From Utricularia gibba (taxonomy: Eukaryota > Plantae > Magnoliophyta): a stretch of DNA of 64,000 nt. This document shows positions 54,995 to 64,000 of the stretch, piece after piece (within the stretch, counting starts at the first letter, position 1; each line of letters opens with the position of its first letter). The DNA is taken from positions 2,728,001-2,792,000 of the forward strand of contig NEEC01000008.1 of assembly GCA_002189035.1 (NCBI GenBank), in the 5' to 3' direction. The notes beneath the pieces are model-generated. The model did no database searches, was not told the DNA's origin, and saw only the letters and a list, made by a program, of their open reading frames with translations. The translations under genes and the position numbers were made by a program.

Positions 54995-55675
54995 GGCAAA
55001 GGATGCAGCACTTTTCGCTGCTTCAGCAGTAGCATTTGATTCCGTAACATGATTCCACGTTGGAGGAGTATGTGTTGCATTAAGTGGAGTACGAGAAAAA
55101 TGTTCCACCCCATTAACACACAATCAATGCTTAGTCTCTGCTAATCTGCAAAAGTTTCATGTGTCGCCCACCGACATTTAAGCTCCACTGATACCTTCAT
55201 CGTCCCCTCAGTTGGACTTCCTGCAACTCAAATAAATAAGAAAGCATGGGGCAGCCCTGTTTCGTGCCAAAATCTCCAAGGATTAAGAATGATGTCTGCT
55301 GAAAGAAGGGGATTGCCTGGGGTGGGCATACCTGACTTTTAGGGCTTGTCATTTGAAAGCAGATGCCTTGGTATTTACTTCACTTTTTCCTCTCTTTTTG
55401 TCTTTGCAGATTACATAAAAGGAAAGTGTTTCCTTTGGCGAAATGAACTCTTCTAATTTGAAGTTGATAATTTGATGGATCGATTATGTGTGAAATTTAT
55501 GTACATAAAAAATGTATTATCATATTTTAAAAAATTAGATCAAATTGATTATAAATTATTCATAATTTTTTTTATTTTTTATTATTTCATTTTAACTTTC
55601 TAATATAAGATTATTTATTCTAATAAATTCTATATTTACAATTGTGTGACTTTTTCTATGTTCTCATATGGTTTG

Positions 55676-55985
55676 TGTAACGACTTATGTCCGACTTATA
55701 TTATATTATCGTTTTGGATATTCAATATTCATGTTTTTATGTTTTCTTCACTTTTGACTTATCTTTCGAGAAGTTTACCCATATTCATTTTACTGAAAGT
55801 CAATACACGCTTAATTTTAGAGTTTTTTATCAAGTATCCTTCATTTTATTTGAAAAAAATTTATACGATATTTGCATAATCATTCTATTTGATCTCATTT
55901 TTTCTCGCATTTATAATAGATATCAAATTCATCTAAAGATCTTCCATACTTCCATCGGGCGGGACATGACACCTCCCTCACTAAC
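55676..55985 (-). mobile_element. Cassandra-like TRIM remnant: PPT plus one LTR of about 296 bp carrying a 5S rRNA-like segment
   Basis: Minus strand: purine tract tagtgagggagg, then TGTCATGTCCCG...GTCGTTACA (TG...CA ends). The interior aaaactctaaaaTTAAGCGTG...AGTA...ATGGGTaaacttctcgaaag aligns with the 5S rRNA A-box to C-box region at near-correct spacing. Confidence 0.7.
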
Positions 55986-56832
55986 GTAGAATAAATAGGT
56001 TCTAAAATATCAGAAATTGTGGAGGTTTTAGAAAGAACTAGACTCATCTTCCGTTATTTTCCAGAGATATGGCCCCTTAGTTATGAGCTTAAGCCCACTT
56101 AGATTGCCTTTAATGGCGGCCTTTATTATTGAGAAATTGATGATGGGTCGGATCTTAGGCCCATTTTTGGTGGGTGGGCCAGCAACTCTTTCAGATTCAG
56201 AACATCAGGCCGCCATAAACTGACTACATATCGTTTCTTTCAAAATCAATTTTTGAAGAATAATTTTAATAAATATATAAAGAAAGCGTAGGTTACAGAC
56301 ATACTTCTTAAAAATAAGAAATACTTTCAAATTTTTAAATCATTTTCTAGAAATATATATTCAATTTAAACATGATGTAAGATTTATACTTTATTATTGA
56401 CACTTAAATTTTAAGTTTAAAAAATATTTATTTTTGATGAATAATGTATTATTTTAAATATGAATATATATATAAGTTTATGAATTTCCGTATTCGTATA
56501 TTTCGAGATTGTGATCACTGGGCCCACTGCGCACATAATATATCTTCTTACAAGTTAATCCCATAATGCAGTTTGGAGTTGATTATTAAAAATTAACTAT
56601 CTTCTTACTAAAATCAATTTACTAGTAGCCCGAGTCCGTACAGCACATCGCAGGGTGCAAGAAGAGAGATGAGAACCATGGATGGGGATTCGTATTCATG
56701 TTCCTAAGAATTACATGTTTACCAACACAACATGAGGAGGATGGAAGCTGAAGTGGAGAAGATTAATGCTAATGCGCTATTGAGATGTGTTCTGTTATGT
56801 GAAGCGGATGACGATGCTGTTGATCCGACGGA

Positions 56833-57267
56833 TTACAGACGAGGAGGTGGAGGTGGCGGTCTAACAGTAGCAGGCGGCGGCGGCGGCGTTGTCAGTGGCG
56901 GCGGTGGTGGAGGCGGATTTATGGGGCAAAACCACGGGGGCAGTGGCGGAAAGGGAATGCATGGCGTAGGACTGGGTGCAGACGGTGGCAACGGGATTGG
57001 AGGCCAGAAAGCAGGCGGCGGTGGACTTGGTGGCGAAGGACTTGGCGGCGGTGGACTTGGCGGCGGCGGACTTGGCGGCGGCGGACTTGGCGGCGGGGGA
57101 CTTGGCAGGGAGGGAGTTGGAGGAAGGGGAATCGGAGAGGGAGGCATTGGAGGAAGGGGAATCGGAGAGGGAGGCATTGGAGGAAGAGGAAACGGATTCC
57201 AGCCTCTAGACGCAGCAACGCAGAGGGCCAGAAGGGCACCCACAAGATGACTCTTGATCCCTCCCAT
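56833..57267 (-). CDS. Small secreted proline-rich (extensin-like) protein 2
   Basis: Intact 144-aa ORF with signal peptide MGGIKSHLVGALLALCVAASRG, SPPPP repeats and PCIPFPPLPPWFCP; TATAAAAA at 57304-11. Confidence 0.88.
   Translation of the reverse strand: MGGIKSHLVGALLALCVAASRGWNPFPLPPMPPSPIPLPPMPPSPIPLPPTPSLPSPPPPSPPPPSPPPPSPPPPSPSPPSPPPPAFWPPIPLPPSAPSPTPCIPFPPLPPWFCPINPPPPPPPLTTPPPPPATVRPPPPPPRL
57020..57180. repeat. Coding tandem repeats in Pro-rich gene 2 (15-bp SPPPP units and 30-bp PPMPPSPIPL units)
   Basis: ggcggcggacttggc-type 15-mers in tandem, plus two copies of ggaggaaggggaatcggagagggaggcatt. Confidence 0.85.
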
Positions 57268-58576
57268 GGATATGTTCCTGCTTCACATGCCAACTCTATC
57301 CCCTTTTTATAACCTGCAAAAAAAGTGTCTTTTTCTCGCGTAGGACTCCAAATTCATCTTAGGGCAATTACTCGAGTTCCATATTCCAACGCACTTTAAC
57401 ATGAAGAAAAAGCACGTGAAAAAATGCCTTCTCCAGCTCCAACACACGATCAAGGTTACCCAACTCCGGTGACTCAGGTCCCAGGGCTCGTCGGTTTCAT
57501 TCAGCCTCTTTGGACCAAAGGAAAATACCACAGTAAGCTTTTGGGGAGCAACCAAAGCGGATAAGCGCCATTGCGATTGCATAATTGAGAGCGATGGTGT
57601 TGCCATGGCGTCAAGGGGAGACTTATTGATGAGGGTGGAGTCGACATGGGGAGTCATGAGTGCGATAAATGCCATTGGAATAATAAGGTATGCACCACCT
57701 TGCTACAATTATTGGTAAATATTCCTTGAGACAAAACTTATTAAAACGAACAATATCGTATAACACAAGTGTTTTTTTTATGTTACAAACATCTCTTGAT
57801 TCAGCCATCCACTCTCTGTATTCTGTATTTGTGAAGTGGGTTTTACCCTTTCATCGCTGGTGTGCAGCAAAGAGTATTTATCAGATGCTTAAATGTGGTG
57901 GTCAACGTGCAGATTTGATGAGCCCTCGACGTTGTTGTCTTCTTGGGATTTTGCTCATTGACTCCGGCGCCGGCGTAGCAAAGACTATTCACTCCTGGAA
58001 GTCTGACTCGGAACACTTCTTTGAATGCATGGCGACTATTCCAGACGAGCCTTTGACCTTGCAGTGTGTGTTTCCTGGGAGTTGGCTTATTGACTTCAGG
58101 GTATTGTAGCGAGGACTATTACTGGTACTTGCTCCTACAGGTCTACTCTCTTCAGAGGAATCATCATCAAGGGACCTGTGTAAACAAGGGGTTTGATCCG
58201 ATCCTTGCTCATCTCTCAAAAACAACACTTTCGGCATCTAAATTCAAGGATGAATGCTTTTCAACACAGTTACAACAGATGGAAAGTCTCCCCAGACTTC
58301 ATTTTTTGTTCTCAAAATCCAAATGCTAGGAGAAGGAGCCGTTTAGGTGTCGTCCCAGGGGCAATGGCATCCCAACAGGGGAGTGGGTGAGTCTTGGCTG
58401 GTGCACCAACTCTGTACAAGTTTTCATTCTCCTGCAAGGGCATGCAGTTGATCCAATCATCTTCGGCATTCACAACTTGGGCGCTTGATCAGCAACGGAG
58501 CTCGGCTTGTTTTATTGCAATCAAAAGACTAGAGAAAGTCTTCTCTCATTCCAAGAACGCTACACTGTGGAACTTA

Positions 58577-61359
58577 CTATTCCAGCTCGGCATCAGCATC
58601 CTCCTCATCGGGTGGAAGGACTGTAAGTAAAGAATACTTCACCTTGAGAGAAATTTTCCCATTTTCAACTACAAGTCGAGCACCCGAAACAACCCAATAA
58701 CCAGGTGGCTCTTGGGGCCCTCGCATCATCTCAGTTGTATCAACAAATTTCAGGAGTTTTGGGGTTTGGATTGGAACAGGCGGGCCACCAGGGTAGACAG
58801 CAGAGTTTATATTCACTGCAGCAGGAATGGGGGGCTGCTTTTGAGCAACTGAGAAATGGTGGCTAAACAGAGTAGAAATACGTCCAGATTTGCGGGCCAA
58901 TCCAACGGATCCATCCCACTCTGGCTCTTTTACTGAGACAGCTCCAATAACTCGAGAAAATTTGAGCCTGAGGAGAAGAACATTCTTGAACCCATGAGCT
59001 GCAACCTGAAGCTGTGCTCCAGTGACAACTGAAAGTTCCTCATCTGACTCAACTGGAGCTGTGCACACGTGGGAAAAGTTCTTCCAATTCACTTTCTCAC
59101 AATATCTGAGATCATATGATTCCTCCCGGAAATTTCCACTTGCCTCATCCTCAAGTTGGAAAATACTTGGAAGGGAGGACAAATGCTGCAAGTGTATAGC
59201 CAAACGGTTGCTTCGTCTACCTTCAAGGTACAACCTTAGACCTGTGACAGGCCTCTTACCTACGTCGACCTGAATCAACTCAACATCATGCAATTGCAAG
59301 TAACGATTCTTATCATGGGAAGAGGGATAGGACACTTACAGGACTGATATTAACAAAAAGCCTTGGGCCGAGAAGACTGAACTGGAGTGAAGCTGTTGTT
59401 TGCTGTCGACGTTGAGGACCAAGTGGAAGGTCACAAAATACCGGTGCCCACTGCCTCGGTAACTGGAATTCCAGAAACTGATGAAGTTCTTCAATCGGCG
59501 GCTTATCTGTATCAAGGGTATTACATAAGGGATATGCTTGGCACAGACTACATCATAACTGAATAATGAGAAACCAAGTCATGGTTCCACTCACAACGCA
59601 TATACAGATTTATGGCATGAGTTAAATAACCGCTTCCAGAAACACCATTTAGCAGCGATGTTATTGGGATAAAAGACATCGAAATGACATCAGGCTCCAT
59701 AAAAACTGTTTCTAGCCACTCCTCATGAGTCAAATTTGCATTGTCACTCCCACCCCTTCTTTTACAAACGCAGACAGTGTCCTGTTAGTTCACAAAGGAA
59801 GAGAATATTAGAAGGCCACGCCCACAGAAATACACAAAATAATAACAAGGATGAAATTCCTACATCATCACGAGAACAATAATTTGATGTTCCATGATCT
59901 TCAAACCGTAACTTTCTCTCTTGTACTACAGCCTGAAGGATGAGCCATAAAGCCACAAAATACACACATCAAGTCCAATACCAGAAAAAGTGAAAATATC
60001 CACATCCTAAATCAGTTATTTCAGCTGCTTGGTTCATTATTTATTTACCACGAGTTCAACTGCATCAATATGAATGATAATACTACGTAAGCATAAACAT
60101 TTTTTTCATGGATATACGCATTAGGAGTTTATAACGTTAAAAACCAAAACATTTCAAAACCTTCTCAGAACCCAACAAATGCCGATAATGCACTTCATTA
60201 CGCTCGCTTGTTTCTGAGAATCTCTTGTCAGCCAGCTCCTTCAAACGCTGCTGCACATCAGCAGGTTGAAGAGCTGAAGAATGCTGTTGTTTCATGTAAA
60301 GCACATCTTTCCCACCCATCTTCAAACCAACAATGATATGAGTACCAAACTTAGCAATAAACCTGGAAAGCATGCATATATCAGCCAAACCATGAAAGAG
60401 TAAGCAATTTACCATAAATAAAAAACTTGCTACTCTAATGCAATTCTTCTAGCATACAAAGTACCAATCAGACGTGATTACCAAAAGAGATTAACACGTT
60501 GAAAATGAATCCAGTTGAAGTTATAAGCTTACAAAATTCCATTGTCCTCCCTGACTGTAAAATCGACTTTACTTTTTTTTTTTTTTTTGGTTTTCTGGAA
60601 TAAAACGAAGGAGCAAATGGAAAGACAAAATAAGGATGAAACTCAAGCTGTTTGCTGCACCTTGCCAATGCAGCAGGATCCCAAGAAGACGGAAGTTCTT
60701 GTCTCACTTGATCTTTCAGAACAACGTGAGACTTATCGAGTGCAACTGTGTATAGTGTAATAAACATTCCATCAAAAGCAAGTATTTTTGAAGATGAGGC
60801 GTCTCTTTGCCAACAACCGGAAAACTCAAACATAGCGTTAAAAAGCCCGGCAGGGATCTTTCCGCCCAACGAAAGCTCCTGATTTATTTGCTCCGCCATC
60901 TGCAAAAATAAACAAGGTGAAAAAAAGAAAGTGTAAATTCCACTAAATCTCTGGGTAAAGCGCATGAAGCGATATACATGTGCACTTATTTGTGGTGATG
61001 AAACAAAAGACATCAACAAAGCTCGAATTCATATAACTTAAAGATCGAACACATCTTCAAACAAAAGTCAATCTGGAAAATGAAAGTCCACTAAAAATAA
61101 CCTGTTGGAAACTCAGAGTATCCGAATGAAACCGAATCCTCTCCCCTTTATCACATTTTATTGATTTGGGCACATCAGGAATCAAGATTCCTCCTGGAAG
61201 AACAACGTCCGTCACACGTGATTGATCCCCATCAATCTCAATAATTGGTGAATCCCCTTTACGATATTTCAGCCTAAGATCTAGGCAAACGTCATATCCA
61301 TGACCAATGGAATGAATCGCAAACCTAGCAGCTTCCGTAGCAGGAAGCTTCAGCGCCAT
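58577..61359 (-). CDS. MACPF-domain protein (At4g24290/CAD1-NSL1 family)
   Basis: MALKLPATEAARFAIHSIGHGYD, KCDKGERIRF..FQQ|MAEQINQELSL, SWDPAALA, MACPF motif FGTHIIVGLKMGG, KPPIEELHQFLEFQLPRQWAP, GPQEPPGYWVVSGARL. Confidence 0.93.
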
Positions 61360-62068
61360 TTTTTGAGCAGCGCAGACGCGTTTCAAGAGTCACCAAAGCT
61401 GGCTTAGTACAGAAACAACAACCGCCCAAAATTCTCCCACACACCCATGAAAACCTGCGCATCGAGGAACGCCAGCCAAACAACGACACCTGACATCAAT
61501 CAAAACCCTAATCCAAACTCACAAGTTTCACAAACCACCACCCCAAAAAACCCATGCTGGGCAACTGTAAATATTGCTCAACCTTCACTCAGAGATGCAA
61601 AAACTCAACACCCTTCACAACCCAAGGTTCCTTCCGCAGATCTCGAAGAAGAGAAGCATGATAAGTACAACTTTTTCAACTGTTCACTCCAGTGAAGCTA
61701 AGTGGAGAATGCAGATTTCCACACCTTGAATTATGTTTTTACCAGCGCCCCATCAATTCCTTTTTTTTTTTAACATTTTCCCCCTCAAGTCTGATCCCAT
61801 TTGAATACAACGTGCCTGGTAATTATTCTAAAATAAATTCATTATAAATTCTGAAGAAAATTTGGCTATATGGTGCTTATGTGTTTACATACATTTTTAT
61901 TTTTAAAAAATAAGAAATTAATAATCATACATAACATATATATTTCTCTATTGCGACTTATTTCTTTAATTTTTCCCAACTTTTTATTTTTAGAATTTTT
62001 AAAAATTATTAAAAATATTTATTCTATTTTTCAAAAAAAAAATTAAAAAATATGTACGAAATATAAGT

Positions 62069-64000
62069 TTACACTTGGGGCAATGATGATCTCATCAGCT
62101 GAGCAAAATTTTCTGCCTCCTCCTTCCGGCCCAGACGAGTGAGAAGTTGGATAATGCAAGAGTAGTGTTCCTGGGTTGCTCTGATTCTGTACTTGCGAGT
62201 CATCAAGTTGAAGTACCTGATCGCATCATCCGCGAATCCGCCTGCGTTGCAAACATTCAAGATCGCTTTGAGAGTAAAATGGGTCGGAGAGGACCCATTG
62301 CCATCTGCTAGCATCTGCTTGAAGAGGTTCATAGCTTCCTCTGGTTGGGAGTTGCATTCATGAGCCTCGATGATGGCTGTCCAAGCCATTGACCCCTTCA
62401 CTGGGATGGTGTTGAACAATGACAGTGCCTTGTCTATTTTGCCGCATTTCGCATACATTCTCATCACTTCGGTGTAGACGAAGGGGATGGATTCCAGATT
62501 CTTCTTCAAAACCTGTGCATGTATCTCTTTCCCAAGGTGCAGAGTTTTGAGCTCGCTGCAGATGCTTAGTGATCGCGCGACTGTAACGGAGTCTGGTCTG
62601 TGCTTGGAGGTCTGCATTGAGCGGAAGACATCTAGTGCATCATGGAAGCGCTTACCTGCTATGAGACATTCAATCATGGCTGTCCATGCAATCACGTTCT
62701 TCTTCTCCATGGTGTTGAATAGCTTTGAGCAGTAGCTATGGCTACCGCACTTTGAGTACATCATCATGAGACATGTAGATATGGAGACATCAGGAAAAAA
62801 TCCGTTCTTTACTGCATAAGCATGTAATTCTTTCCCTTGCTTCAGTGCTCTTAAACGACCACAGACTGGTAGCACTGTGGCAAGAGTGACAAGGTCAGGT
62901 TTGAATCCTTCTTGCTGCATCCAGATAATGGACCTCAATGCTTGCTCAAGCCTCCCATTTTGGACATAACCAGAGAGGAGAGCAGTCCAGGAAACAGTAC
63001 TTCTCTGCTTCGAGCCATAGAAAACCTTTCTTCCGGAAATCATATCACCACATTTGCAATACATGTCGATTAATGAAGAATGAATAAACGGCTGCATCGA
63101 GTACCCTTTTTTCTTGGTAATATAAGCGTGAACCTCCTTCCCTGTTCTCAGGGCAGAGATTTCTCCAATGGCAGGAAGAATGATTGTAAGTATAACAGAA
63201 TTGACCTGTATGCCATCGTCAACCATCAATTTCGTATACCTCAAAGCCTCCCGGGGTAGCTTATTATGTGCAAACCCTGCTATCATTGCACCCCATGCCA
63301 CAATATCCTTCTCCTCAATTTCCCTGAAAATAGCGCTTGCAAGTTTGATCTTGCCACATTTAAAATACATGTCAATTAAGCTAGTTTTGAGTACGGAACT
63401 CTCAAAGAAGCCATTTTTTATCATGATACCATGCGTTTTCATGCCTTGTCGCAGGGAATGATTGGCTCCAAGACTCTTTATCAAAGAAGAAAAGCTGTAA
63501 ACATTCAAATCCACACCAGAAAGCTGCATTTCTGAAAATGAAGTTAAAATTTCACGGTGACTACACCTCCCCATCATGATATTACCCCTGAGCAGTGCAT
63601 TCCAAGGGTACACACTTGTCACAGGCATAGTCTCAAACACCCCCTTTGCATCATCAATTGATCCACAACATGCATAAAGCTGGACAAGCTTTGTCTGCAA
63701 GAACTCATTTCTCTCCAAACCATTCACTCTAATGTAGGCATGCACCCTTCTCGCGAAATCAATTGATTTGAGTCTGACACAGGCGGTAATAAGAGAAGTG
63801 AATGTGGTGACATTGACAGGAATGCCACGATGATCCAGGAAATCTAAAATCTCTAAAGCTTCATTCAGCTTCTTTTGGGAGGCAAGTCTCTGAATCTCCC
63901 TGTGGATAATATGGGGATTCTTAGTGTGGATAGAGAAGACGTTTGAAAGTACATCCCTTTTGTAAGAAAATTTCGGCTTTGTGTTTGACACTGCAATGGG
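62069..64000 (-). CDS. PLS-class pentatricopeptide repeat protein (At1g71460-like), 5' end beyond the window
   Basis: Intronless ORF of over 640 aa that is open to the window edge. Alternating P/L/S motifs (LIDMYFKCGKI...WGAMIAGF; WTALLSGY), N-terminal SIHTKNPHIIHREIQR, and no E/DYW extension. Confidence 0.93.
   Translation of the reverse strand, partial: PIAVSNTKPKFSYKRDVLSNVFSIHTKNPHIIHREIQRLASQKKLNEALEILDFLDHRGIPVNVTTFTSLITACVRLKSIDFARRVHAYIRVNGLERNEFLQTKLVQLYACCGSIDDAKGVFETMPVTSVYPWNALLRGNIMMGRCSHREILTSFSEMQLSGVDLNVYSFSSLIKSLGANHSLRQGMKTHGIMIKNGFFESSVLKTSLIDMYFKCGKIKLASAIFREIEEKDIVAWGAMIAGFAHNKLPREALRYTKLMVDDGIQVNSVILTIILPAIGEISALRTGKEVHAYITKKKGYSMQPFIHSSLIDMYCKCGDMISGRKVFYGSKQRSTVSWTALLSGYVQNGRLEQALRSIIWMQQEGFKPDLVTLATVLPVCGRLRALKQGKELHAYAVKNGFFPDVSISTCLMMMYSKCGSHSYCSKLFNTMEKKNVIAWTAMIECLIAGKRFHDALDVFRSMQTSKHRPDSVTVARSLSICSELKTLHLGKEIHAQVLKKNLESIPFVYTEVMRMYAKCGKIDKALSLFNTIPVKGSMAWTAIIEAHECNSQPEEAMNLFKQMLADGNGSSPTHFTLKAILNVCNAGGFADDAIRYFNLMTRKYRIRATQEHYSCIIQLLTRLGRKEEAENFAQLMRSSLPQV

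Noticed and set aside
56732-57250. 172-aa glycine-rich plus-strand ORF (also 54631-54976)
   Set aside because: Antisense of the poly-Pro genes. The signal peptides and TATA boxes are on the minus strand.
61255-61275. MACPF N-terminal LKYRKG instead of LKYCKG
   Set aside because: A single substitution outside the MACPF signature; too little evidence for functional meaning.

Overview
A gene-dense plant (eudicot) nuclear segment with about 22 intron-containing or single-exon protein-coding loci in 64 kb (roughly one per 3 kb, mostly 60-120 bp introns). This suggests a very compact genome; a Lentibulariaceae-like source is a guess, not shown. Genes in order: TGA10-like bZIP, WIP zinc finger, group-III CDPK, ATL79-like RING-H2, STELLO, CTU2, RIX1/PELP1, alpha carbonic anhydrase, a damaged uncharacterised gene, a GASA peptide missed by the ORF track, a PICBP-like calmodulin-binding protein, mitoribosomal mS23-like, L2HGDH, PAA1/HMA6, LNK1-like, actin, a PHL5-like MYB-CC, two tandem Pro-rich secreted proteins, a MACPF protein and a 5'-truncated PPR gene. 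Mobile DNA is limited to small pieces: an intact Tourist-like MITE, degenerate MITEs, a Copia-like solo LTR and a 5S-containing Cassandra-like LTR. The most notable observations: (1) a deleted DNA-level copy of the mS23 gene's 5' end sits in front of RIX1/PELP1 and could act as its promoter or first coding exon; (2) a GC-rich branched RNA-like structure at 54.2-54.4 kb; (3) two small secreted Pro-rich proteins share a PCIP...PPWFCP two-Cys motif; (4) at least eight genes carry a single missing base in a homopolymer run, most likely consensus errors rather than pseudogenes. Homology calls are from recall of family motifs; no searches were run. No tRNA, rRNA gene or CRISPR array was seen.
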